The notes under the pieces are model-generated. The model was not told the origin of the DNA, ran no database searches, and was given only the letters and a program-made list of their open reading frames with translations. Below are positions 12,471-24,745 of a stretch of DNA of 64,000 nt, piece by piece. Origin of the DNA: Camelus ferus (lineage: Eukaryota); NCBI RefSeq assembly GCF_009834535.1, contig NC_045697.1:55120001-55184000 (forward strand), given 5' to 3'. The position numbers and the translations under genes were made by a program. Every line of letters starts with the position of its first letter. Positions within the stretch are counted from its first letter, which is position 1.

Positions 12471-12606
12471 AGACCAAATTGAAAAAAAAAAAGTAATTCA
12501 TTGAAGCTCCTTGGTCATTGAGGTTATAGATTTTCTGGGGGATAGAAATTCAAGCAGAAAAAATAAATATTTTGAATGATGCAAAGTAGGGATCCATAAG
12601 AGCAGG

Positions 12607-12970
12607 TATCTTAGTTGTTTGGGCTATAGAATACCCAAACAACTGATAGACTGAGAGGCTTATAAAGGACAGAAATTTATTTCTCGCAGTTTTAGAAGCT
12701 GGGAAGTCCAAGATCAAGGTGCCTGCAGATTTGGTGTCTGGTGAGTCTGCTTCCTGATTCACAGACAGCTGTCTTTCACTGTAACCTCACATGACAGCAG
12801 GAGTAGGGGGACTCTTTAGGGTCTCTTATGAAAGGATTAATCCTATTCATGATGGTGCCACCCTGATGAGCTAGTCACCTTGCAAAGGCCCCACCTTGAA
12901 ATACCTTCACATTGGGCACTGGTGTCAACATATTAATTTTAAGAGACACAAACTGATGGTCTTTAATAGC
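12607..12970 (-). mobile_element. MaLR solo LTR (MLT1A/MST type)
   Basis: Contains cagaaatttatttctcgcagttttagaagctgggaagtccaagatcaaggtgcc...aaaggccccacct...caacatattaatttt. Confidence 0.88.
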
Positions 12971-13552
12971 TGGTGAAAGACTCTACTCTATAATTCACCT
13001 ATCAGGATGCTATACAGTTGTGCTATTGAAACTGGGAGTTTTCAGCTCTTAAGTATATAGAGCAGTGCAGATGAGTTTATTTGAAGTGTCAGGGGTATTT
13101 GATAACACTTCCCAAACCATTAATTTTGCTCAATAGTCAGTGGTTAAAATATATCAAATTTGAGAACACTTGTTAAATAGAACAAAGTAGAAAAATTATT
13201 TATGAACTTTCAAGATAAAATGAGAACTCAGATTTCTCTCTTTCAATTGCCTCCTTCGGGCTATACTATTATACCTCTTGTGAGCATAAGTTCACTTTTC
13301 TCTAGCATTAACTATATGTCATCCATCAAGCGTTTATATACGTCCAAGAACTAAGAAATGTTTTCACTATGATTCTGATAGACTCAAGGTCTTGGTAGCC
13401 TTTTGCATTCTCTGTAGATTAGGGTGTGGAGTCAGTTAAAACTGCCAAGTGACAGGTTTGGGAGTCATGAAAAGTGTGTTTGGAAGTTGAAGGCAGAGTC
13501 TAACAAACCCCTGTGGTTCCTCTCATGCATTTCAGGAACTTTGGGGGCTTGC

Positions 13553-13553
13553 T

Positions 13554-13624
<71 letters not shown>
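13553..13624. repeat. (TTTA)18 perfect tetranucleotide repeat at the 3' end of the adjacent L1
   Basis: 72 bp, read directly; it is (TAAA)n on the L1 strand. Confidence 0.98.
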
Positions 13625-14412
13625 TTTTTCATGTTCTTTTTCCTTAAAGGGTATTATAAGATATTGAATGTAATTTCCTGTACTATACAGAAGAAATTTG
13701 TTTTTTATCTGTTTTTAGATATAGTAGTTAATATTTGCAAATCTGGAAACTCCCAAATTTATCCCTTCCTCTACCCCCTTTCCCTCTGGGAACCGTAAGA
13801 TTGTTTACTATTTCTGCGAGTCTGTTTCTGTTTTGTAGATGAGTTCATTAGTGTCTTCCCCCCCCCCCTTTTTTAGATTCCACATATGAATGATATCATA
13901 TGGTATTTTTCTTTCTCTTTCTGACTTAGAATGATGATCTCCACGTCCATCCATGTTGCTGCAAATGGCATTGTATTATTCTTTTTATGGCTGAGTAGTA
14001 TTCTATTGTATAAATTTACCACAACTTCTTTATCCAGTCCTGTCGATGGACATTTAGGTTGTTTCCATGTATTGGCTGTTGTATATAGTGCTGCTATGGA
14101 CTTTGGGGTGCATTCATCTTTTTGAATTAGAATTTTCTCCGGATATATGCCCAAGAGTGGGATTGCTGGGTCATATGGTCGTAAAACTATTTTTTGTTTT
14201 TTGAGGAAAATCTGCACTGTTTTCCATAATGCCTGTACAAAACTACATTCCCACCAACAGTATAGGAGGGTTCCCTTTTCTCCACACCCTCTCCAGCATT
14301 TATTGTTTGTGGACTTTTGAATGATGGCCATTCTGACTGGTGTGAGTTGATACTTCATTGTAGTTTCAATTTGCATTTCTCTGATAATTAGCAATATTTA
14401 GCATTTTTTCAT
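13625..14412 (-). mobile_element. Young lineage-specific L1, 5'-truncated (ORF2 end plus 3' UTR)
   Basis: Well-preserved L1 ORF2 C-terminal coding sequence and a cetartiodactyl-type 3' UTR (aaactcccaaatttatcccttcc...gagtctgtttctgttttgtagatgagttcatt). Confidence 0.95.
13873..14394 (-). pseudogene. L1 ORF2p C-terminal remnant with the cysteine-rich motif; a truncated fragment, not a host gene
   Basis: Translation [24 protein letters not shown]...[18 protein letters not shown]...[12 protein letters not shown]...WKQPKCPS...MPFAATWMD is the L1 ORF2p C-terminus. Confidence 0.95.
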
Positions 14413-15316
14413 TTTCTTTGTTCATTTGCTGGTTTTCCTCAATCAACTTAGATTACCTGAGGGATTTTTAGGTTTTGTCAATCAATAAACACCTCATATC
14501 TTCCCACTCTGTTTTGTGCTCTAGTATATGTTAAATTAATAATGGTATCCTTTCAATCATATTATATAATAGCTGAAGAATTTACATCTGGTAGCCATTT
14601 ACATTATACCTGCTACCTATCAGTTATCCCAGAGAGAATACAGTAAAGAATAACACTTTAAGGGTAATTATTCATCAAAATTAGCTGTAGAGTTGAGCAG
14701 GAACAGATTAGGAAGAAAGGGGTCTGTTTTGGCATTGGACAGCTGAGAAGAAACTGATAGCTTTGCTCTTGTAGAATATAGATCTTATGTATTCTGAATA
14801 GAGGAATATACATATGTTTGTATATGTAAGATTAACAGAAATCTATTTGATTCCAAAAGAAGAAGAATTTAAATGGGCTAACCTGATACAGGCTTTTTCT
14901 GGCTCAGTATGGCATGTCAACTTTGATAGTGCTGTAAGAGCTAGAGATTTGGAGCATCTGGAAATGGGATGAAAGGAGAACTGTGGATTTCTGATATGTG
15001 GTACGATTTTCACTGTATAGTGGTGTCCTCTTAAGGAGCAAAATCAACATATTTAAACATAGATTGAAATGGTGTAAATGGTATGCAAGAGTCCTGAAGG
15101 ATGCTTTATTGAACTAACAGATAAATAAGATATGTTTAAGAGGCTCAAAGAAGTGTCTTCTGAAAAAAACTGCATTTGAGAACTTTTTACACTTTTCACA
15201 TCAAACCTTATTTGTAAAATTTGTATTTCATTTGAAAAGAAGTGTCATGAGCAATATAATACTAATAAATATTATTTTATTTCTCTTTTTCCATTTATAA
15301 TATATAGCAAATGTAT

Positions 15317-15779
15317 TGTCAACTGACACAAAAAACACACAAAGTCAGAGCTGTGAATTTGGTTTAATTTGGGGACTTACTGAGAACTATAGCCCAGAGA
15401 CAGCCTCTCAGATAACTCTGAGGAACTGCTCCAAAGAGACAGGACAAAAGGCCAGAATAACATGACTTTGGTTGAGGAGTACTTGCAAGTCAGCATATCC
15501 CTCAATAGAAGGTTGCTGCTGGTCATGAGGAACAGATATCTCAGTTAATGATTATAGTGCTTTTCTAAGTATGAGAAGTTGCAAGAATCCATGTTTATAA
15601 AAAACTTCTGAACTATACCTATCTAAGGATCTAGTTTGCCTGTTTTCCCAGAGCAAAGTGTGCCTCATCCTGCTCTTTGCCCTGAATTCCTTTCAGGGTG
15701 CACTGTAGGTCAGCGACTGCAGTGGCTAATGACCTAATCTTTCTAGAATCAGAGAGTGAACAACATTGCTTATTTCCCT
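15317..15779 (-). mobile_element. ERV1-class solo LTR (MER41-like), same family as 42218-42697
   Basis: Starts tgtcaactga. Shares blocks with the reverse complement of 42218-42697 (tatagcccag, cagcctct, aacagatatctcagttaatgatt..agtgctt). Possible TSD gtat at 15313-15316 and 15780-15783. Confidence 0.8.
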
Positions 15780-17402
15780 GTATAATGGAGAAACAACTGA
15801 GAAAAGAATCAGATGGAATATAGTTGTTTTTTTTTAATGCTCACTTATTTTTGCTGTACTTGTTTTCTTTTGAAAATATATTTACCAAAAGCAGCATGCT
15901 GTTGAAATACACAGTGGGAATGAGTTGACTCTGAATTTCAACATTTTCAGTATTAATGAAAGCTATTCATAATCAATTAAATAATTCCTTTTCTTCCTGC
16001 CCTCCTCTTCCTCCCCCATCCCTTTGGAAGCCTATAAGTAAATTCAAAGCAATGTAAATGGTACATGCCTTTTGTGATTTAAATGATAAACATGGTCACA
16101 GAGGCTTGTTTGAATTGAGCAGTAGAGAATGCTTTAAATTATAATATTCATGCATCAATTTTCAAAGAGCTGTTAAAAGTAGCATTTAAACACTTCTCCC
16201 ATGACTTTGAAAACTTAAGAATTGGTATTTTTCCTTGTTGTTTAGAAGTTGTTGAACCAATTAGTACCACTTATAGCACTTTATAATAAATAAGGTTATT
16301 CTAGAGGCAATGTTTACACTTTGAAACTTTTTGATTTATTGTAAAAATTAAAGACTAAATAAGGAGGGAAAGAATCTGTTTAAATATGTAAAATTTGATG
16401 GTGAATTTATTGAGTTTGTGATTAACAACTTCCCTGCTCTTTCACTCTGGAAATGCTTCTGGTGGAATTTCTAGTCAGCTCTGTTGGGCTATTACTTGGC
16501 CTCACGTCTGTCTGTATCTCTTTGGATTCTTTAGTTTAATTTTTAGTTAAATTTGTTATGCATATACACTACTGTAATGAAAACTGACATAATGGATTTA
16601 TTCAAAACTGAATGATTCAATAACTTAATATAACCATGTAGGAAATAAACATACTAATGATGCACCAAAGACAAATTGTTTATGACCTAATTTATTTTGA
16701 GAAATAGAAAAATTGATGCAGCATCTTGGGAAGAAGCAATTATTTCTTCTGTTTGCAGACAGTATTAAAAAAAAGTATAGCTATAGCATTCTTGCTAATC
16801 TTATTCTTTCTACCTCCAACCCCATTCATTTCCTCATAGCTCTCTTTATCTTTTAGTACTTCTTTTATGAAAAATACTAAGGCTGTGTAACATGGGATGA
16901 TAAGTCAAATATGATCCAAAGTTGCAGTTCACTGTGACCACCTCTGCAGCATTTAAGTTCACAAATTAGCTGTCTCATGAGTTTTTGAAAATGATAGTGA
17001 CAGTGACTCCTACTTAAGCATTTTTTGAGGCATTTTATTGCAGAAATGGTAGAGTGACTGGAGTGATAAGAGGAGGAATGTAAGAGTCGTGTCTGATATT
17101 TTCATGGTAAGCATCTTTGCCACAAACAGTTTTGCCCCTAACATTTTCACTGTGTAACTGATTGGCTATAAGGCAACTTTGCTATATAAGATAAAATAAT
17201 GAAAAATAAATAAGGAACATTAAAAAGAACATAATGAAACATGAAAAAGGAATAACAAAATTAAAGACTTTTATTATGAAATACAGAATATTTGAAGGCA
17301 TTTAAAATGTGTGTAGATTCATGGCAATACTGCACAAACAGCTGATTTTATTTTGTGGGTCATACCTAAGCATTTGTCTTCCAAGTATTCCCTTCATAAT
17401 AT

Positions 17403-17886
17403 TGAGACAGGAGGGAAGGGAGCAGGGCACAACCATTAAAAGAATGACAAAGCAATTGAGGACTGGACATAAACTGGTTAGAGCCAACTTGGCCCAAGAT
17501 GGCAGAAAAGTCAACTTCCAATAGACCTTGAGCCTTATTATAGGCTTGTTGTAATACATTAGCATGCTAAATGACCCACCACAGGTGCCATGACAGTTCT
17601 CAGGATGACCATAAAAAGCCAAAAATTGGACTGTGGCCCAGTTTCTGGAAATCCTTGCTCCTTCCCCAAAACAGTTGGAATAATCCTCCCACTTATTAGC
17701 ATATGAAATTACCCAACCCATAAAAACCAACAACCCTGCACTTTGGGGCCACCTCTCTTGCCTTCTGAGATGGCCCACACTCTGTCTATGGAGTGTGTAT
17801 CTCCCTAAGTAAACTTACTTTCACTTTACTATGCCTCTCTCTTGAATTCTTTCCTGCCAGAGACAAGAACCTATTCACTGGCAACA
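17403..17886 (+). mobile_element. ERV1-class solo LTR, same family as 62971-63410
   Basis: TG...CA termini (tgagacagg...tggcaaca), cataaaa TATA-like site, agtaaa poly(A)-like signal at 17808-17813, flanks atat/gtat. Alignable end to end with 62971-63410. Confidence 0.92.
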
Positions 17887-17896
17887 GTATTTTATT

Positions 17897-17928
<32 letters not shown>

Positions 17929-17957
17929 TACATACATATATATTTATATATATATAC
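17897..17957. repeat. Compound (TA)n(CA)n(TACA)n(TA)n microsatellite
   Basis: Read directly from the sequence. Confidence 0.92.
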
Positions 17958-18905
17958 AGTTTATTTGTTTCTCTCATCATTTGGCATCACACTTTTTTCT
18001 GTTTCACTAAAATTTCTTTCATCATTAATAGAGGTATCATTTTTCCAAACACTTGGATGCATATCTGTAACTGAGCTTTGTATTGTGTTGTGAAACCCTC
18101 TACACTGTTGTTTGTTTTTGGCACAGGGTCACATGTTCATTGATAGATGTTCCAAAGTTCTATGGGAGATATGGGTTCAACTCTGTGCCTTTCAGGCCTT
18201 CAGCCTATTTAACCTCCAATGTAGTATGTTTCAAAATAAGAAACCAACTCTTGAGGCAATTCATCGTCATCTGTCAGCTCAGTAAAGCCATTTATAATTT
18301 CTAACTGGAAAAAATGCTAAACTCATTGCAAGCAAACTATCAAACCAAAAATTGTCAACCAGTTATTTTATCTTCCACAGAAAAATTGCTTTAAGGCCAG
18401 TTAGTTCTGTGGCAAAAATGCGTAGGGCAAAGATGTTTACAACAAAGAAAAAGCTCATAGCAAAAACCTAGAACCTGTAAGAACAAACAGGTACTCAGTA
18501 TTACATAACAATGTGTGGGGACTCAGCCTAGACCAGCTCCCGGAGGTGTACCTAGTAAGATCTGTGTTCTGATATGCCTGAGGGGGTAGTCTCTGCCTTT
18601 GGTGGTGGTCATTTCTCCAAGTCTCAAGGAGGGTAGTCACTGCTAGTATATTTTCTCCCTTTATACCTAGGATAAGAGCAAAAAGAAAAGAAGGAAGGAA
18701 GAGAGGGAGGAAAGAGAGAAGATTGATTTAGGTCTCCATCTCTAAGGCAGAGTTCTTCCCATCTATAAAATTTACATGAAATATTTATATTAGATTCATA
18801 ATTTAGTCCACTAAACTTTAGTGGCTCCTATGTGTAGTGACCTACTGTATATTATGGACTGTCCTAGGAATTTGATATGTACCATTATATAAAGTCTGAC
18901 AGAGT

Positions 18906-19116
18906 CAGGGGTCAGTAAACTTACTGATCAGGGCCAGATGGTAAATTTTTCGGCTTTGTAGAATACATGATCTCTGTCTTAACTGCTCAACTGCACCTTT
19001 GTAATGCAAAGCAGCCATACATTGTAGAAAATGGTGAGCATGTATGTGTTCAAAGAAAACTTTATTTACAAAACACGGCAGGATTTGTCCTGCAGGATGT
19101 AGTTTGCCTGGCCCTG
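18906..19116 (+). mobile_element. MER58A hAT-Charlie MITE
   Basis: TIRs caggggtcagtaaact...agtttgcctggccctg. Internal gggccagatggtaaat, actgctcaact and aaaactttatttacaaaa. Confidence 0.9.
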
Positions 19117-19760
19117 GTTATCCTAATTGATAGTGATTCAAAACATTGTCATGCCTCTGCATTAAAGATAAAACATTACTTACTTTCAAATTGTTATCTC
19201 AATTGGGGATTTTGGGTTTTGTTTCATTTTGGGGAGTATAGGTTAGATTTTAATTATATGATGTATAATGAATTTTATGATGAGGGACTCCAAAATGATG
19301 ACATTCTGACTTGGTCTAGTCACTCATGTGTCAAGTGACTCGTTGGCTCATTATACACAAGAAATGATACTAGTTAGAAGGCAGGAGTGTGCTTAATTAC
19401 TTCAGAGCAGAGCTCTGTGAAGCTGGATTTGATGCACATGCTACAGCCCAAAGGAAAAATGAGAGACCGTGCATCCCCTTAAGCTCAAATCCAAATGTTA
19501 AGATCCTTTATCTTCTCACTGGCCACATGATAAATCAAAGTCAAAGAGTAAAGTTCATATTTCGGTGCAATCAGGCAAATCTAGCTCTGTGAACTTGCCC
19601 ACTCGTAAAGGTGGATCAGTGTTCTTTAATCTTACCAATCAGAAAATTATTCTCCTTTAGGGAAGAACAAACAAGATGGGTAGGAAAAAGGCTTTCTTGC
19701 TATGGAAGTGGTAGCAATAGCTGTCCTTTCTTCAAAGGCCTACAATTTGATTTCTTTTTA

Positions 19761-20099
19761 TGGGGGCTTAATCTACAGAAATCTATTTTCTCACAGTTCT
19801 GGAGGTTGAAGTCCAAGATAGATGAAAGTGCCAACAAGCTTGGTTTCCTCTGAAGCCTCTTTCCTTGACTTCCAGGTGACTGACCTCTTTCTGCCTCTTA
19901 ACATGGTCATCCCTATGTGCACACACAGTGCCCCTGTTGTCAACCCAGATATATTGGGATATGGTCCCACCCCAAAGTCTTCATTTCAACCTGATTACTG
20001 CTTTAAAGACCACATCTCCAAATACAGCTACATTAGGAATTACTAGAAGTTGTGACTTCAACATATGAATTTTGAGAGGATACAGTTCAGCCCCTAACA
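19761..20099 (-). mobile_element. MaLR LTR (MLT1A0-like)
   Basis: Reads cagaaatctattttctcacagttctggaggttgaagtccaagat...atctccaaatacag...acttcaacatatgaatttt...cagttcagcccctaaca. Confidence 0.88.
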
Positions 20100-23000
20100 C
20101 CTTGAATTAGGGGAAAACTGCTTTCTCACAGCAGAGATCACAGCCGTTTGTTCTCTTTTCTGTTTGTTTTGGATTTTTTAAGGTATTGTTAAGGTATAAC
20201 TAATGAAAAAAATTATATACATTTCAGGTGTACAATGATTTCCTACTATAAAGAGAAAACCTGAATTCTGAATATTGACTACCAAATATGTTTATCAGGG
20301 TTTAATGGGAACCCATCCCAATTAACATGAATGTAAAATGTTGAAACCTAGGATGTAGAAATAAAAGAGCCTCCAAGAAACTACCTAGTGCATGGCAGTT
20401 CAGTAAATTTGAATGCCATTTCTTACCAAAGACAAAAGAAATAAACAAATGTTTTCACATAGAGAAAGTCTGACTTCGAAAGGCAATTGAATGAAGTTAC
20501 CTTTGCACAAGAGCAGTAACTTTGCTCAGATTTGATTGTGAGATACACCATCTTGAAGTTCATGTCACTGACTAGTCGTATTAAAAATAACCCAAGGAAA
20601 AGGAGCTGCATTGATTGCTCTAATTGGACATTACTTGAAACTTGGCAGTGCCAAGCCTAGCTCCTCAGAAAAAGAGACCGAGCACCAGCATAATAGGTTT
20701 ACTATTCCCTTTGGGTTGTTATAAACAGAATCAATATGTACTAATGACTACAGCAATAAATTTGGTCATACTTCATAGGGTAACATTCTGCACTTACCCA
20801 GTTGTTGGTTTGACATAGAGTAATAGAGCTTACCCTTTTTTAAGTTGTAAATTACTATGAAAATGCTGAGCCTAACAGTAAAATGCATTTGGGATGTTTT
20901 TAAGCTTAGGAAATATTGGTAATACTTCCACTAAGCATACTATTAAAATAAATAAATAGTATTTATTGCTTGGTTCCCAGCTGCAGCTGGATGAAAAGCA
21001 GTGGAAAAGGACAAGTAAGACATACATATTTATCAAATGCACAAGGCTCATGTTTACTTAATTCACTTCCAAAGGGTGGCTTACACCACAGAACAAAAAG
21101 AGAGATTTCTTTTTATTTCAGAGGTTCTTTTCAGTGAAGATGTTATGGAGGATGGTATGGATAGTTTTCAGTTGTTGTGTTAATTGAAAAATAGTATTTA
21201 TAAAAGATTACCCATGATTTTTGCCCATCATTAATTTACTACTAGTTTTATGCTTTTTGGTTTAAGTTTATTGAGGCTTATAGATAATGTTTTGGTCTCT
21301 CAGGTTAAGTGAAGAACTAGTCTCTCAGCATAAAGTGATATACCCACACATATACATAGAAATATAGGATATGGATATATGTGGATATATATGTCTACAT
21401 ATAAATTAGACTTATATATATATACACAATGGTATATTTGTGTGTGTATTCAGAGATACCATGAAATAAAGTAATTTTCAGTCTATATTTCATTATAATT
21501 AAAAATAATCTCTCTCACACACACAATTCTAAATAAACTTGTGATTACTTTTGGTAAACAGAGGCATTGATTTTTCTAGATTTAATATGCTATAGAAATG
21601 ATCACCCAGTCATACATATGATAGTAGGATGATGTGTGTGTGTGTGGTGTGTACACAAGCCAATGTGTTATATTTTTATACCTTAGAGAAAGACTTGAAA
21701 TCATTTCCTTTCCTTGAATACATGCATAATATGGGTAGCAAAGCAAAGAGAGTTTGCATAAGAAATAGGAAAATCGTAAGGAGAAGTCAATTTAGGAATA
21801 AAACTGAATTTCAGTGTTCGCCATCTCATCGTCCTCCTGAGTAATTTTCATTGCACTTTCTCTTTCTCTCACAAATTTGAAATGTGACCACATTTTTGCC
21901 TTGTATTATGTGATATGGGCATACGTCTTCCTATAGTAATATTTTGAGCATCCGAGGGCCTAGAAAAAATTCTACATTTAAAAAATTTCTCAAGTACCCG
22001 GCACAGTTTTAGACATATAAAAATGTTTGATACATACTTGTCAAAGTCAAAATTATATAACATCTAGGCACATTGTTTGGATCTGACTTTAGGCATAAGC
22101 AGAAGAATTAAAGGGATGATAGAGGTCAGTTAAAATAAAAAAGAATGGGGTGTGCATATCCAGCTTCTTCCTAATAATCAAAATTCTACAATTCTCTTTC
22201 AGTTCTTTGAGAGATATACTTATTTGAAATAATGTTAATGTTTTATTTAATATACTTTACTTAATTATGTTTTGTTGATCCAAAAAGAATATCTAAGTTG
22301 TTTATGATGTTATGCAATGACCTACATAGAAGTATGCTGTGGGGAAAAAAAAAACTGAATTGTGTCTGCCCTCTGATGAACCTATTTTACAACTTGTTCC
22401 AGTTGCTTCGTTTTGAAATGAAGTCATTCCCATGAAATTCTAACCAGGCTATATGTTTTTATTAGGTACTGGAATACACTGTTAAGCGTCTGGTTACTTT
22501 TGAGATTATGGCTTAACTGGGCAGAACAAGTATTTTCTTCTATACAATCCACTGATTATCTACAAAAGAATTGTTTCATCATTCTGGTCACCGTGCATCC
22601 TACGAGTGGTTTTGCATTCAAATGGTTATACTTCCTCATTAGTGTGGAGTCATTTGAGACTGAAATTGCAGGTGGAGAGGTGTCTGTGTGGCATTAAATG
22701 TTGACAGATAGTTTCCCTGTAATGGGAAAGTGGAGTGAAGACTGTGTGCTGCCAAGTGAATTGGAAATGCAGATATTGAATCATTAATGGTTTAAAAAAT
22801 AAAGCGTCTGATTCATCTAATTTTAGGAAATGTGCACTTTATGGACATCAGAATCTCATACTCTTTGAAAACATTTCACGTAAACTCTGGATCTTGTCTA
22901 ACACAGAACTGTTTAAGGTTTTTAAATTTTTTATTTGTTTGTTTTTGGTCGTAACATTAGAAGCATTGCAAATTAGTAGCATAAATGCCTGAGCACGTTA

Positions 23001-23421
23001 GCTAAATATGTTCCAACTCCTCTCAGACCCTGTATGTGTGAAAGAGATCTAGAATGCTTTCACATAGATTGTGTGGCCTAACTGTATGCAACTTAGTATA
23101 TATTTAGTAACATGGGCTTGAAAACAACATCTCTATTTGTATTCAGAATTAAGGCCTGGTTTCTAATTATTCCAAGCTATCGAGGGAAGTTTGCCCATGG
23201 GTTATTTTAAAGCAGCTCTATCCCTGTCTTCCACGATTTGATGAATAACAGAGACACTAGATATGCTTCAAGAAAGTAGCAATACTCAATGCCTACAGTC
23301 ATTTTTCCTATTACAGTTGTTTATATGCACACCTTACTCCTACTTAGGTTTTAATATACTCCGTACTCCATAATATACTTCATTTATCCTAACTCCATTC
23401 CGGAATACCTGACACAGTGCC

Positions 23422-23560
23422 ACAGAAAGAATATTGACATGGGAATCAGGATGTCTGTATTTGAATTCTAGGTTTATCACTTTCTGGTTGTATAAACTTG
23501 AGAGACCCATTCAACCTCTCCAGTGCAATTTTATTATCCCTAAATTGAAGTTCCACACAC
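23422..23560 (+). mobile_element. MIR SINE fragment
   Basis: Degraded MIR core: ggaatcagg...tttgaattctaggtttatcactt...ttcaacctctccagtgcaatttt. Confidence 0.6.
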
Positions 23561-24564
23561 TTATAAAAAATTAAAGAAGAGAGTTTATAGAAGAGTATCA
23601 GCATCATAACTACAATATGCAGCACAAATTAAAGATACCGGCATTATTACTGACACAAAGAGGACAGTAACTACCTGATAAATTACATGTGGCTCCCAGG
23701 GGTCAGCGGAGTTCTGCAGATTGTTAAGTCTCCGCTGACTTGACCATTTTCAACACTGAGGCTAAAATACGTAATGCCACTGCAATTTGATTATAGTGTT
23801 ATATGGGCCTTACTTATTTTGACACTCTGGTAAATGGCAGTCCTATTTAAACTGGGGGAGACTTGTCAGAGAACAAAGCCAGTTCTGTGCCTACAGCAAC
23901 TCCCGACAATGAATTAATGGTATATCTATAGTACTAGCACGCAGTCTATTTAAATCGGATAGATGACTCCTTTTCCTGAAACCCATCTGCAGAAGTGTAT
24001 AAAGGAATGTAATTCGACTGAATAACATAAATCTCCCTCTGCTGAGATCCTTTGTTCAAGTCAGTTGGTTTTTCTGCTTGAGGCTGGCTGGTAGACAACT
24101 CAATCTATCACTCATGTTTATTCATATCTTAATGCTATCTATATGCTTACTTTAAAATCTCAGGGTGAAAGTGGATCCTTGATACCGTACATTCCTGTAA
24201 CGAAAGAAATAATTCATTTGCTTTGGTCATTTCTACCATGAGGCTTCTAGAAAAATTTTGCCAGGATTATGGGTTTCTCAAAGGCAGCACCACTCAATTA
24301 AGACCAAACACACTTTTGGTTTGTTTGTATATTTTGAAATGAACACACAACTTCCTACCAACACAAAACTTACTACTTTCACCACACAAGAAATCCAGTG
24401 GTACTTCCAAACTGAATTTCTTATAACTCTTTATATGGAGTAAGAAACTACATAGAAACTGTATATTAAAAATCTATCTATTTCCTTCTTGGTTTATGAC
24501 TTTCCATATCCTGAGTATCCATCCGTGAAACAGAATAGCTGAGGCAGGTTGCATAAGGGTATCA

Positions 24565-24745
24565 TGATGTGGCCTAATAACTCAATTTCCAATCTCAGAT
24601 AATCTGCTCACTAGATGTGGGCCTGTTTCAAGCTATGCAATATTTCTGTTTCTCACTTTCTTCATCAGTAAGCTAATGGATGCTGAAGCTTAAATGAACT
24701 AAAGTATGTTAACCACCTTGCATATAGTAGGCTAATTAACTAATG
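24565..24745 (+). mobile_element. MIR SINE fragment
   Basis: Reads aatctcagataatctgctcactagatgtg...tctgtttctcactttcttcatcagtaa...catatagtaggct. Confidence 0.55.

Larger units (their letters stand above)
17099..18452. mobile_element. Old DNA transposon with long imperfect TIRs (possibly MER99-like), split by an LTR and a microsatellite
   Basis: Left ttttcatggtaagcatctttgccacaaacagttttgcc...taactgattggctataaggcaac matches the reverse complement of the right end, ttttc...gtaaacatctttgccctacgcatttttgccacagaactaactggccttaaagcaat. The family name is tentative. Confidence 0.65.

Noticed and set aside
13424..13798. 124-aa ORF with FIYL repeats that looks like a membrane protein
   Set aside because: It is a translation of (TTTA)18 plus antisense L1 3' UTR.
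17302..17778. 158-aa minus-strand ORF
   Set aside because: It lies antisense in a solo LTR and has no recognisable domain.
18967..19338. 123-aa ORF
   Set aside because: It starts inside MER58A and has no recognisable homology.
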